From assembly GCA_947177025.1 (NCBI GenBank), contig CAMWSQ010000001.1, forward strand, positions 1-45,917: a stretch of 45,917 nucleotides of DNA, given 5' to 3'. The position numbers and the translations under genes were made by a program. Shown here one piece after another: positions 34,061-44,356 of this stretch (its first letter is position 1; each line of letters starts with the position of its first letter). A model generated the notes under the pieces. It was not told the origin of the DNA and made no database searches. It saw only the letters and a list, made by a program, of their open reading frames with translations. The DNA is from an uncultured Mollicutes bacterium. GTDB lineage: Bacteria > Bacillota_I > Bacilli_A > Acholeplasmatales > Anaeroplasmataceae.

Positions 34061-35179
34061 TTAAAACTCCCATTGTCTATCTTCTCCATCACCATATCGT
34101 GTAGAATATAGTATATTGTTTTTCGTATCTATAGTAAAAATATCCATACTATAGCCCAATTGTTTCTCCTCAAGTAATCCAGATTTTCGAGTTGCTATTA
34201 CATTCACTTGATTTACTTTACTTGATTTATCTCTATGTAAATGTCCTTGAATAATTCCAACAACAATACCAGGTTGTTGCTGCGTATAATCTACATCTAA
34301 CTGAACTGCAAAATCTCCTGTTCCACTACTCTTAGGTGTATTATAAGATTCTGCCTTTTGAAATGCATCTAAAATTCCCCAAAATACATCCTCATTATAT
34401 ACTGTTCCATCTGTAAATCCTGTTGCAGAGGTTAAGTGTTGTAGGATGACAACTTTCCATTCTCCAGAATCTGTTTTATCAGAAAAATTTAAAGCCTGTT
34501 TGGCGAAGAATTCTAGCTGTTTTTGTTGATACCCATAACACCATTGTCCTGGATAACGAATCTTTTTTCCGTCCAAAATGTAAGGGACATCGATAGAATT
34601 TAAATAAATAATGCGTACCTTTTGCGGTTCAATATCTGTAAAGGAATATAATGCACTGTCATTGCCTGTTGCTTTACTGTTATTATAAAGTTCTGTCAAT
34701 TCTGCATCTGTAAGTTCAGCATTTACCTTTGCTTCATTTTTGTTTTCAATTCTTCCTCTTAAACTATTATCATCGTGGTTCCCCTTTAATACATGCAAAG
34801 GAAAATCAAATGCACGAAAGGAAGAAATCATCTTAGGAATACTTCTTTTCAATGCGGAACGATTATAAGAATTTGCAATATTATCTCCGCCAAGATAAGC
34901 TGCTGAAATTGGATAGGTTTTATGAATCAAGTTTAAATCCTCGACAAGTTTTGCAGTAGAGGAATTATAATATATTGTATCCTCATAATGTAAATCTGGA
35001 ATGAATCCAAAGGACACACAATCTTCTGTATATATAGCTTCCAATCGCTGTTCTACATTTAATAGCATTTCCTCGGTGTCATATTCAATGACAGGAATTT
35101 CATTAGAAACAGCTTTACTACAAGAAGCACTCGTCACTCCCAAAATAATTAAAACTATACATAGCATTATTTTTTTCAT
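34061..35179 (-). CDS. Calcineurin-like metallophosphoesterase lipoprotein
   Basis: The likely start MKKIMLCIVLIILGVTSASC (ATG at 35179) lies 2 nt after the upstream LicD stop. Motifs seen are DLH, GGDN, LKGNHDD and GHLH. Confidence 0.75.
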   Translation of the reverse strand: MKKIMLCIVLIILGVTSASCSKAVSNEIPVIEYDTEEMLLNVEQRLEAIYTEDCVSFGFIPDLHYEDTIYYNSSTAKLVEDLNLIHKTYPISAAYLGGDNIANSYNRSALKRSIPKMISSFRAFDFPLHVLKGNHDDNSLRGRIENKNEAKVNAELTDAELTELYNNSKATGNDSALYSFTDIEPQKVRIIYLNSIDVPYILDGKKIRYPGQWCYGYQQKQLEFFAKQALNFSDKTDSGEWKVVILQHLTSATGFTDGTVYNEDVFWGILDAFQKAESYNTPKSSGTGDFAVQLDVDYTQQQPGIVVGIIQGHLHRDKSSKVNQVNVIATRKSGLLEEKQLGYSMDIFTIDTKNNILYSTRYGDGEDRQWEF

Positions 35180-35180
35180 A

Positions 35181-35975
35181 TTAAAATACATCCTCATATG
35201 GTCCAAAATCAATGTCTTCTATATGATGTGGTACCTGAAGTTCTTTAGGTGGAAGCTGCATATAATCATCATAGCTTTTGCGTAACATTTCATCATAACC
35301 CTTTGGAATATAGAATTGATATTTACCAAAATCCCATAATAATCTTTCATCAAAGCTTTCCCTATGAAAAATATTACGACTGAATGTACTAAAGGAACCA
35401 ATATATCCAACCAAATCACGATCTTTTACCTTTTGAATTGCTTTATCTCTCATTTTTCTTAGCCGCTTATAGCTAATCATTTTCGTAAAAGCATACTTCA
35501 TATTTTTAGAATTTTCATAAGACCCTTTGTAAAAGGTTAACTTATTCACGCGATTCATAGCATTATGAAGTTTATGAAGCTGTTTCGAATCGTTTGGTAA
35601 ATAATCTAGAATAAACAAATCAATAAATAAACCCTTATGTATATTCATATTTCGAGTTGTACTCTCATTGTAAAGAGTATTATTTAAACGAATCTTCGCA
35701 TAAGTAAAATAAACATCTTCCACGTCATCAAATGCTTGAAGATATAACTCACTAGGAGATTCCTTCTTCCAAAGTTCTCTTAGTTTGTTGTATTCATCAC
35801 GAAACATATAAATATCTATATCATCATCCCAAGGAATGACATCATGATGACGAACAGCTCCTAATAAGGATCCATATGCCAAATAATATTTCAATCCCTG
35901 TTGTTCACAATACTCATGAAAAACATTCAAAATATATTTTAATGCATTTTGTACTTTTAAAAGTTTTTCTTCCAT
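35181..35975 (-). CDS. licD: Second LicD-family phosphotransferase
   Basis: YYLAYGSLLGAVRHHDVIPWDDDIDIYM. Confidence 0.85.
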   Translation of the reverse strand: MEEKLLKVQNALKYILNVFHEYCEQQGLKYYLAYGSLLGAVRHHDVIPWDDDIDIYMFRDEYNKLRELWKKESPSELYLQAFDDVEDVYFTYAKIRLNNTLYNESTTRNMNIHKGLFIDLFILDYLPNDSKQLHKLHNAMNRVNKLTFYKGSYENSKNMKYAFTKMISYKRLRKMRDKAIQKVKDRDLVGYIGSFSTFSRNIFHRESFDERLLWDFGKYQFYIPKGYDEMLRKSYDDYMQLPPKELQVPHHIEDIDFGPYEDVF

Positions 35976-35984
35976 ACCTTTTCC

Positions 35985-37454
35985 TCACTGTTCTATATTT
36001 TCTTCTAGTCTTTTTCTTTTAAATAGATTTGCTAGAATTGCCTTTGTATCTTTCCGTAAAATTGTATATGCTAATGCTGCTGCAACACCCAAATAGATTA
36101 CCAATCCAATCACAAATTCAATGACTAGACGTGCTGCCACGTGCAAGTCTCCCAAAGCATGGAAATAATTTAAAACAAACAATGCTGCAAACATAATTAT
36201 TCCACTAAATAGGAATGGAATGGTTTTGCATAAAAACATCCATACTGGAATTTCTTTTCGAACAGAAATAAACTGGATTAAAACTGACGTTAGTTCTGCT
36301 GCAATTGTTCCAATAATAGCCCCATTAATTCCCATAAATGGAATCAACGCAAAGTCAATTATGGCATTAATAATCATACTCATCAAAAAGGAAATTACAT
36401 ACATTTTGTCCTTTTTGCTTGGCAAAATATATTGTGTTCGAATAATATTTCCAAAGGATACAATCAATATAATTGGTGTTAAACATTTCATAACAAAGGA
36501 ACAATCCATAAACTCTTTCCCATAATACAACAGAATAAAATCATCAGCTACACCCAAAATTCCAAAGACACATCCAAAGGCCAAAAAGCCAATTCCTATA
36601 AACGAATAAGAAATAAACTTCACGAGCTTTTCCTTGTCCTTCTTTTCAAATAAATATGACATTCTTGGTAGCATAACAGTTCCAACAGTTGTTAAAATTG
36701 TATTCACTATCTTGATTAACTTTTCTCCATAATCATAAATTCCTACTTCTGCCTTCTCACAAAATATACCAAGAATTGTTTTGTCCAAAACAGAATATAT
36801 TCCTGTACTTAAGGTATATATACTTAAGATTAAAACAGGCTTTAAATGCTTTCCTATAAGCTTCCAATCCGGCTTGACAAACTTTATTCTTTTAATTGCA
36901 GAAGGAATGATTACCATTGTTCCTAATAAATAAGAACCACACATAATTGCCGTATAGATTGGTAAATCATTTGCTGTTTTCACTAATGTAAAGATTAATA
37001 CTAACTCTAACACCTTAATCAAGGTGTTCTTTAATACAATACTCTTAAAATCTTCAAGACCATAAAACAACCATGTAATATCAAATAACGCCGATAAAAC
37101 ATATAAAACATGTATATATCCAACAGATGTATTCAAAACAGTAAAGCATAATACCAAATATGCTCCTAACGCTATTGCAGAGGATATACAATGCAAAAAG
37201 AACAAATTCCAAAAGGTTTTTCTAAGCTCTAGTTCGTTATCCTTAACCATAGAAATCGAACGAGTACCATAGTTAGATATTCCTAGCATTGCAAGCATCA
37301 CAAAATAAAATGCGATAGAATTTACATAAGAATAGATTCCCAAATTCTCTTTTCCTAACACACGAGTAAGATAAGGAGAAATAACAAATGGAATTACAAG
37401 AATCAAAAATTGATATAGAAATTGATAAACTAAATTCTTTTTTATACTTTTCAT
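35985..37454 (-). CDS. wzx: Wzx-type oligosaccharide flippase (MOP superfamily)
   Basis: 489 aa with about 14 TM helices and a polysaccharide-biosynthesis-protein N-terminal pattern. The start forms an ATGA overlap with the upstream gene. Confidence 0.8.
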   Translation of the reverse strand: MKSIKKNLVYQFLYQFLILVIPFVISPYLTRVLGKENLGIYSYVNSIAFYFVMLAMLGISNYGTRSISMVKDNELELRKTFWNLFFLHCISSAIALGAYLVLCFTVLNTSVGYIHVLYVLSALFDITWLFYGLEDFKSIVLKNTLIKVLELVLIFTLVKTANDLPIYTAIMCGSYLLGTMVIIPSAIKRIKFVKPDWKLIGKHLKPVLILSIYTLSTGIYSVLDKTILGIFCEKAEVGIYDYGEKLIKIVNTILTTVGTVMLPRMSYLFEKKDKEKLVKFISYSFIGIGFLAFGCVFGILGVADDFILLYYGKEFMDCSFVMKCLTPIILIVSFGNIIRTQYILPSKKDKMYVISFLMSMIINAIIDFALIPFMGINGAIIGTIAAELTSVLIQFISVRKEIPVWMFLCKTIPFLFSGIIMFAALFVLNYFHALGDLHVAARLVIEFVIGLVIYLGVAAALAYTILRKDTKAILANLFKRKRLEENIEQ

Positions 37455-38344
37455 ACATTTACATCCTTTATCAATTTCATATAATATGTATTTGGATTAT
37501 CCTCTAGCATTAACTCCTTATAATTTAATTTATGGCAAAAGGACTGTTGTTTTATAAATTCAAATTCCTCTGGATGAAATTCTTTATTCATATAGCTAAT
37601 TAAAATATGAGCATCAATTGAGGACTTAAATGGTATGCTTTCCCATTCTGTTGGATATTTTTCCAATACCATTTTAAAGAATAGATGTACAAGGAAATAC
37701 TCACAAAGATGCTTATTCTTTTTCCAATATAGATATAAAAGCTTTTGAACTTCCCCTAGAATCGGATTGTTTGGCTTAGCATAAATCAACCAGCTATCCA
37801 TCACTAGGGCATAGTCTTTACGTTCTAAATGATTATAATAGAACAAATTTGAATCTATAAGATACTCAGGAAAAACATCTGTAAAATATGTTGTTGCATC
37901 AATCCAAATTCCTCCGTGCTCATATAAAAGATTCACACGTAGGATATCTGAAAAATGAGCATGGGTAATTTGCCCCTTCTCCCACTTTTCTAAAATAAAT
38001 TCCGGAATAGATGTAAATTCTCTTAAATTCTCATTTGTCAAAAGATGAATTTCCCAATCTGCAAACTTTTCATAAATAGAGTCAATTGCCTTTTGAACAA
38101 TCAAAGGAGCATTCTCTACGCCCTGAAACCAGCATACCCAAACTTTTTTAACAGGAGCCTTGGGTTCTGTAATATGATATTCTATTTTTTTTGCATATTT
38201 CTTTCTCAGCTTGTTATATATCATTTGACGATAAGCAACAACCATTTGAAGATGATCTAATTTTAGAAGCTTTCCTAAAAAAAGACTTTTCGCTTTATAA
38301 TAAAAGTTACCATCACGCAAAGATTTGAAAATCTTATATTTCAT
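37451..38344 (-). CDS. Caps_synth / Och1-like glycosyltransferase
   Basis: FSDILRVNLLYEHGGIWIDAT motif. The start at 38344 is preceded by the RBS GGGAGGG. Confidence 0.75.
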   Translation of the reverse strand: MKYKIFKSLRDGNFYYKAKSLFLGKLLKLDHLQMVVAYRQMIYNKLRKKYAKKIEYHITEPKAPVKKVWVCWFQGVENAPLIVQKAIDSIYEKFADWEIHLLTNENLREFTSIPEFILEKWEKGQITHAHFSDILRVNLLYEHGGIWIDATTYFTDVFPEYLIDSNLFYYNHLERKDYALVMDSWLIYAKPNNPILGEVQKLLYLYWKKNKHLCEYFLVHLFFKMVLEKYPTEWESIPFKSSIDAHILISYMNKEFHPEEFEFIKQQSFCHKLNYKELMLEDNPNTYYMKLIKDVNV

Positions 38345-39542
38345 TTCGAACCCTCCCTTTATCATATATCCAAATAAAAGATAGGAAAATTATTCCTAGT
38401 ACTCCTGCGGAAGAGGTTAAAATAGCTGATCCCACAGAATGAATGATAAAATATGTTAATATCGTAATGGCAATAATCTTACAAGACTTGTCATGACATT
38501 TTAAGCACTTTGTAATAAAGAACACAAATATACCAAACATTAAAGCTGTTCCAAAGAAACCAAATTGACCAATAATCATTGGATAATAGGTGTCATTCAA
38601 AAATTGATAATCCTCTGGATTCATACCATAAAGAGATGTAAATCCATACTGCTCGTATAATGGAGAATAGGAGGATGCAGCAACAGATGACCCATAGGTT
38701 CCAAAACCACTACCAAATGGCAAGTAATGCGTTGCCGTAATAAATCCATGCTTAAACAATATATATCTTGGAGCATTTACATTTGTTAGATAAGTTACAA
38801 TCTGATATCTAGAAATCCATATACAAAGGGATAAAAGAATCGCTAAAATCAATAAGACCTTAAGCTTGTCCTTATACTTAATCATTGCTCTAACTCCTAA
38901 AAAAACAAACGGAATCAGCATAGATGGTCCCTTTAGTGTGATTAATAAAATAAAACATATCATCAGAGAATAAATTCTTCTCTGCTTCTTCTTTTTCAAT
39001 TTCAAGAACAAAATAATGTAAATACAAAGAACAAAAACAGTAAACTCATGGGCATATTCAAAGACAAAATTAAATCCATAAATGCCAAATCTTTTTTGTC
39101 CTCGCATTCCAAAATTAAAGAATATATTTGCTATAGATAAAATAAACATCACAACAGTTAATATTTTACAAAGCTTCACAGAGGAATCAAACATTTTATT
39201 TACCGTTTCATATTGAAACAAACATTTTGTACATGCAATAAAAACAAATAGCTTGGAAAAACTCAATATATCTAAAACAATATCAAATGCTTTGCGATCT
39301 ATTTTACTTGTCAAATTCGACAGTACACCTATAGCTACAAGAATTAGCCAACCCAAAAATACCATGCCATCTTCTCTAGGTATCTTGGTTTTTTTAAATA
39401 ATAAAGAAACGAAGGTAACCACAATAAAACCCAAAGTGAGTACTTCGTCAAAGTATTTCACCATAGGAAGCTTGTTTTCTAAAATGATAGATGCAGTTAA
39501 TAAAATCATAATTAACATTGCAAAAACTTGTTTTAACTTCAT
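38334..39542 (-). CDS. wzy: Wzy-type repeat-unit polymerase / O-antigen-ligase-family membrane protein
   Basis: 402 aa, polytopic, with a large loop carrying YLPFGSGFGTYGS. RBS GGAGGGG upstream. Confidence 0.7.
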   Translation of the reverse strand: MKLKQVFAMLIMILLTASIILENKLPMVKYFDEVLTLGFIVVTFVSLLFKKTKIPREDGMVFLGWLILVAIGVLSNLTSKIDRKAFDIVLDILSFSKLFVFIACTKCLFQYETVNKMFDSSVKLCKILTVVMFILSIANIFFNFGMRGQKRFGIYGFNFVFEYAHEFTVFVLCIYIILFLKLKKKKQRRIYSLMICFILLITLKGPSMLIPFVFLGVRAMIKYKDKLKVLLILAILLSLCIWISRYQIVTYLTNVNAPRYILFKHGFITATHYLPFGSGFGTYGSSVAASSYSPLYEQYGFTSLYGMNPEDYQFLNDTYYPMIIGQFGFFGTALMFGIFVFFITKCLKCHDKSCKIIAITILTYFIIHSVGSAILTSSAGVLGIIFLSFIWIYDKGRVRNEI

Positions 39543-39562
39543 TGTGTCCCCTCCTTTTTACT

Positions 39563-40759
39563 TTATTTTTGATGACTTTCAATTGCTTGAGTATATAACT
39601 CTAACAATTGAGTATAATAATCCTCCATACGAATAAATGTTTTATTCAAACAATTTTGAAGCATTTCTTCATAAGTAGAACTATGGTATAGCTCTATAAT
39701 TTTATTTTTTAAATCTTCTACATTTTCAGATTCAAATAACAAACCCGTTTTCCCATCATCGATTAATTCAGGAATTCCGCCCATTGTAGAACCTATAACA
39801 GGAGTTCCCAAAGAAATAGATTCCAAAATTGAAATTGGGCAATTCTCATACCACACAGATGGGTATACAGTAAAGCGCGCTTCTTGAATCAATTGAATTA
39901 ATGCTTCACCAGATTGAAATCCAACATAGGTAATATTGCTCTTGGTTGGAAGCTCATCTACTAATGGTCCAGTTCCCGCAATAATCAAATGAATATCCTC
40001 TGGAAGTGCTTGAATCAAAACATCTAAGCCTTTCTCCTTGCTAATTCTTCCATGATACAATATGTAATCCTTTTTAGGGGTAATCGTTTTACATTCAAAT
40101 GCTTTACCTAGTGGATTGCAAATATGTAAGCATTTCTCCTTGGCATATCCACCCTCTATAAATTTTTGTCTCAAGAAATCACTTGGAGAGATAAAATAAG
40201 AGATGTAATCATAAACTCTTGTCCTATGCGTTCTTACAGATTCCTTATAAGCAAGATAACTTTTCAATTTAGAATTTTTTAAGCATTTGTGATGAAGACA
40301 GTGCTTGAAATTTCCATCCAAGCATTCTGTACATTTCTTGCCTTCAAACAAACGATAGAACATATGATTTCCACATAATAATTGTGGATCATGTACTGTC
40401 ATAATTACAGGTATATTTTTTTCCTTACATGCATCTACAATAGAGGAAGTTAAATCGTATGTTATATTATTCATATGGACAAGATCTGGCTGATACAGCT
40501 TAAGAAGCTTTCTCATTTTTCTTTTTGCAGATTTAGAATAAATCAAAGAAAAGGGGTTAAATATTTTTTTATCCTTGTATCCCTTCACAAGAATATTCCA
40601 TGAATTTCCCGCTGTATTTCTTTTATCCTTTAAACCAAAGTATTGTACCTCGTGTCCTTCTTCAACTAATTTAGCCCCTACAGAAAACATATAAATTTCT
40701 GCACCACCGACAGGGTATAAGTATTTATCTACCATTAATATTTTCAATGCAATCACCAA
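39563..40759 (-). CDS. GT4-family glycosyltransferase
   Basis: KILMVDKYLYPVGGAE N-terminus and the C-terminal E-x7-E region (PSVWYENCPISILESISLGTPVI). The start is a non-ATG codon (TTG or GTG around 40747..40759). Confidence 0.85.
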   Translation of the reverse strand: MVIALKILMVDKYLYPVGGAEIYMFSVGAKLVEEGHEVQYFGLKDKRNTAGNSWNILVKGYKDKKIFNPFSLIYSKSAKRKMRKLLKLYQPDLVHMNNITYDLTSSIVDACKEKNIPVIMTVHDPQLLCGNHMFYRLFEGKKCTECLDGNFKHCLHHKCLKNSKLKSYLAYKESVRTHRTRVYDYISYFISPSDFLRQKFIEGGYAKEKCLHICNPLGKAFECKTITPKKDYILYHGRISKEKGLDVLIQALPEDIHLIIAGTGPLVDELPTKSNITYVGFQSGEALIQLIQEARFTVYPSVWYENCPISILESISLGTPVIGSTMGGIPELIDDGKTGLLFESENVEDLKNKIIELYHSSTYEEMLQNCLNKTFIRMEDYYTQLLELYTQAIESHQK

Positions 40760-40762
40760 CTT

Positions 40763-41776
40763 TTATTTTTGCATATTTTTTCGTGCTATTTTAATTCTTT
40801 GCTTCGGATACCATGAAGCATGCAAATATCCCATAACGGGAATCAATATCCATTTTGGCGTTAATTTGCAAATCAAGGTCATAAGCTTCTTTTTCTTTTT
40901 ACGATCATCCTTACGCAAAGGTTCATCCTTCCAAAGAGAGATTTGTTTATACATTAAATATTCCTTTGTAAAGATATGTTTATCCTTGAAGTTCCACGGA
41001 CGTGTTCCTGTCATAAAGGTTGGCGTGAAATGTACAACAATTGGATTTGTAGTTGCTTCAAGATATTCCTCATAGGATAAGCAATGCGTTGGTTTCCGTA
41101 ATCGCATTAGACGTTTATAGGAAAAATCAAAGAAAATTCGTTGAGCATTATAAATCGGTTTAAGCTCATAAATCTTATTTTGTTTTCCCAACACACCATT
41201 TAAAGGAGCTTGATCCATATAGGTCAAATCACCCTTGCGTTCGGATATAAATGCTGTGAATTGTTCTTCCACATTTTCTTCACGCCATTTTTTTAGATCA
41301 ATAACCAGAAAACCATTATTAACATACACAGTTCCTGGAGCACAGCCAATCTCTATTCGATACAAATCAGAACGACAATCATCGACTCCTGCTACAAGAC
41401 AATCTCCAAGATCCATTTCATAAACTTCCCGTAAGGATCCGCGAATGATCATATCACAATCCACATATATTACACGCTCAACAGATTCAGGTAAAATAGA
41501 AGCCAAATACAAACGGAAAAATGTACCAATATTCCAACGTCCAACATAAATATTCGTATTTGCTAGTTTTTCTAAATCCACCTTATCCACAAATGATAAT
41601 TCGCGATGATATTGTTTTGCTGTATCTAACAATCTATTTTTGTTTATATCAGAAATATTGTTATTAATGATATAAATATGAATTGTATCTACATGCTTAT
41701 TGTTTTCTAATAGTGATGTCAGAGATATTCCACATATTTCAGAATAAACATCACTGCTTGAATAAACAATGTTCAT
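40763..41776 (-). CDS. GT8-family glycosyltransferase
   Basis: RVIYVDCDMII DxD motif plus GT8-style NNGFLVIDL. The ATG at 41776 is preceded by GGAAAGGAG. Confidence 0.85.
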   Translation of the reverse strand: MNIVYSSSDVYSEICGISLTSLLENNKHVDTIHIYIINNNISDINKNRLLDTAKQYHRELSFVDKVDLEKLANTNIYVGRWNIGTFFRLYLASILPESVERVIYVDCDMIIRGSLREVYEMDLGDCLVAGVDDCRSDLYRIEIGCAPGTVYVNNGFLVIDLKKWREENVEEQFTAFISERKGDLTYMDQAPLNGVLGKQNKIYELKPIYNAQRIFFDFSYKRLMRLRKPTHCLSYEEYLEATTNPIVVHFTPTFMTGTRPWNFKDKHIFTKEYLMYKQISLWKDEPLRKDDRKKKKKLMTLICKLTPKWILIPVMGYLHASWYPKQRIKIARKNMQK

Positions 41777-41796
41777 AACAATACTCCTTTCCACTT

Positions 41797-42378
41797 TTAT
41801 TCTTTAAGAAAAGCTTCGTAGTTGTTTAAAAATTCCTTTAAAGAAGGTAATGTTTTATCCTTGTCAGAAACAATCAAATTTGCTTTAGAACCAATTAAAT
41901 CATATGGCCATTCAATTCCCATATCTGGGTCATCAAATCGAATACCTCCATCATATTCTCCATAAAACTTTTCTGCACATTTATAAGAAACAATAGAATC
42001 CTCGATTACAAGATATCCATGGCCAAAGCCTTCTGGAACTAATAATTCTTTTTTATTTTCTTCTGTTAAATAAAACCCTTTCCACTGCATAAATGTAGGG
42101 GAACTTTTTCTTAAGTCTATAATGACATCATAAACTGCTCCCTTAACACAACGAACAAGCTTTGCCTGTTGTTTAACAGATTGAAAGTGCATTGCACGAA
42201 TTACACCTTTTTTAGAAATTGTATAAAAGACTTCCTTTAAATCATGATTTATGCCGTTCTGAGCAAAAACCTCTTGAGAATAATCCTTTAGAAAACCTCC
42301 ACGAATATCCTCAGAAAAGAATGGATCAATCAAGTAGGCATCCTTTAACTCTAATTTTTGAAAATTCCATTTTTGCAT
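41797..42378 (-). CDS. RmlC-like cupin sugar-nucleotide 3,5-epimerase
   Basis: DIRGGFLKDY...RAMHFQ...KLVRCVKGAVYDVIIDLR...GFGHGY. The start forms a TAATG overlap with the upstream gene. Confidence 0.8.
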   Translation of the reverse strand: MQKWNFQKLELKDAYLIDPFFSEDIRGGFLKDYSQEVFAQNGINHDLKEVFYTISKKGVIRAMHFQSVKQQAKLVRCVKGAVYDVIIDLRKSSPTFMQWKGFYLTEENKKELLVPEGFGHGYLVIEDSIVSYKCAEKFYGEYDGGIRFDDPDMGIEWPYDLIGSKANLIVSDKDKTLPSLKEFLNNYEAFLKE

Positions 42379-43289
42379 TACTCTATCTCCTTTAGCCAAG
42401 CTATTGTTCTCTTTGTTCCTTCGGCAAAGCTGATGCTTGCCTTAAAATGACAATCCTCTTCTAATTCCTTTGTGCTAAAGGTATCTAACGGAACATTTAC
42501 GCCCGTAAAAGGAACATTCCCAAAAATTGGTGGATTGTCCTTTGCATTTTCCTCACACATTTCACAAATGAATTCACGCAATGGTCTTGCATGGCCACTT
42601 CCAATCATATAGCCTTTATTTGCTTTTCCATATTTTGCAATCAAATAAAAGGCTTTTGCTACATCATCAATATAAATGAAATCATAGTTTTGTGTTCCAG
42701 CAGTAAATTCAAGTTTTTCGTGATGAATAATCTTTCTTAATGTTGTATTAATAAAGCGTGGAGATTTTTCGCCAACACCATAAGCATTTGTTATATATGT
42801 CCAAACCAAATCGATTCCTAGACTATTGGCAATAGGCTTGCACAATTCATGTGCCAACACCTTACCAACACCATAAATATATGGAAGCCCTGGCTGACTT
42901 CCTTGAGCATACATAACCTCATGAACCTCATATTCCATAATAGATCCAGCACAAACAAACTTTTTAACACCAAGCTCTGCAGCCGTTCTCAAACAATCTA
43001 CAGTCCATAAAGCATTTTGTGTTTGAACCTTTTCATCCATTCTTAAAGGTCCTGCAGAGCCAAGCCAAGCAAAATGAACAAATACATCGTATTGGCCCTC
43101 TTTTACCTTTTCCTTTAACTTTTGAATTTCTGCAATTGATAATTTCAATTTTGTAAGCAAAGGATTGTCAGGCAATTTCTGATCATCAAATGCGACATCC
43201 AGTGCCAAAGTTGGTATATGATTCTTTAATAGTTCAGAAACAAATGCACTTCCAACAAATCCATTTGCTCCAGTAACAATTACTTTCAT
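42378..43289 (-). CDS. SDR-family NAD(P)-dependent sugar-nucleotide reductase/epimerase
   Basis: MKVIVTGANGFVGS Rossmann motif and YxxxK (YGVGK). The start forms an ATGA overlap with the rfbG stop. Confidence 0.8.
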   Translation of the reverse strand: MKVIVTGANGFVGSAFVSELLKNHIPTLALDVAFDDQKLPDNPLLTKLKLSIAEIQKLKEKVKEGQYDVFVHFAWLGSAGPLRMDEKVQTQNALWTVDCLRTAAELGVKKFVCAGSIMEYEVHEVMYAQGSQPGLPYIYGVGKVLAHELCKPIANSLGIDLVWTYITNAYGVGEKSPRFINTTLRKIIHHEKLEFTAGTQNYDFIYIDDVAKAFYLIAKYGKANKGYMIGSGHARPLREFICEMCEENAKDNPPIFGNVPFTGVNVPLDTFSTKELEEDCHFKASISFAEGTKRTIAWLKEIE

Positions 43290-44353
43290 AAGCATATTCC
43301 TTTCATAAATTGATCAATTTCTAAATCCATTTCTGCAGGAATTGCTTTAGGATTCTGTAAATACACTTTTGTAAATTGAACGATTTTTTCAACAGCATCC
43401 TCAATGTGCCATCTAGGCTGCCAGTCAAAAACATCCTTGATTTTTTGATTATCTAGCTTTAAAAAGCTTGCCTCATGAGGACCGCCATCATATTGATTAA
43501 TCCAGTTGGCTTGAGCTCCCCATATTTTACAGAAATGATCCACCAATTCTCCCGTTGTTACACAATCACAATCATCAGGACCTATATTGTAATATCCCTC
43601 ATATTTCTTATTCTCATATTGTTTTTGACAAATATCCAAATAAATATATAATGGTTCCAAAACATGCTGATATGGCCGAATGGAATGTGGATTTCTTACT
43701 ATAATACTCTTCTTTTGTTCCACTGCACGAATGCAATCTGGGATAATACGGTCAGCAGAAAAATCACCACCGCCGATTACGTTTCCCGCTCTTGCCGTCG
43801 ATACAGAAACAGGCATCTCATTGAAAAAAGATTTCTTATAGCTGTGGGTTACCAACTCACTACAAGATTTAGAATTACTATATGGATCATATCCATCAAG
43901 TGGTTCATTCTCTTTAAAAGGGTGATCTGGTGCGTCATCATTTAAATATACCTTATCTGTTGTAACATTTAAAAAGCTTTTCACAGATGGAGTTAATCTT
44001 ACACATTCACACACATTTACTGTTCCCATCACATTTACATCATATGTATATACAGGATGTACATAGGATTCTCGAACCAATGGTTGAGCAGCCAAGTGAA
44101 TGACAATCTCAGGTTGAAACTGTTCAAAAACAGATTTTAGTTTTTCAAAATCACGAACATCACCAATAATAGATTTCATTTGATTTTCAATCTTAGATAA
44201 AGAAAATAAATTTGGTGTTGTATTGCTTTCTAATGCATACCCACACACAATTGCTTGAGCCTTTAATAAAACCTTACATAGCCATGTTCCCTTAAAGCCT
44301 GTATGTCCTGTTATCAATACTCTTTTTCCTTTATAAAATGACAAATCCAGCAT
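43286..44353 (-). CDS. rfbG: CDP-glucose 4,6-dehydratase
   Basis: FYKGKRVLITGHTGFKGTWL and YSNSK (YxxxK), typical of RfbG. Confidence 0.9.
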   Translation of the reverse strand: MLDLSFYKGKRVLITGHTGFKGTWLCKVLLKAQAIVCGYALESNTTPNLFSLSKIENQMKSIIGDVRDFEKLKSVFEQFQPEIVIHLAAQPLVRESYVHPVYTYDVNVMGTVNVCECVRLTPSVKSFLNVTTDKVYLNDDAPDHPFKENEPLDGYDPYSNSKSCSELVTHSYKKSFFNEMPVSVSTARAGNVIGGGDFSADRIIPDCIRAVEQKKSIIVRNPHSIRPYQHVLEPLYIYLDICQKQYENKKYEGYYNIGPDDCDCVTTGELVDHFCKIWGAQANWINQYDGGPHEASFLKLDNQKIKDVFDWQPRWHIEDAVEKIVQFTKVYLQNPKAIPAEMDLEIDQFMKGICL

Positions 44354-44356
44354 ATT

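Noticed and set aside
35219-35419. 66-aa ORF; similar alternative-frame ORFs occur at 37273..37458, 25790..26035, 27601..27876 and 39253..39636
   Set aside because: They are nested in or antisense to strongly supported CDSs and have no independent signals.
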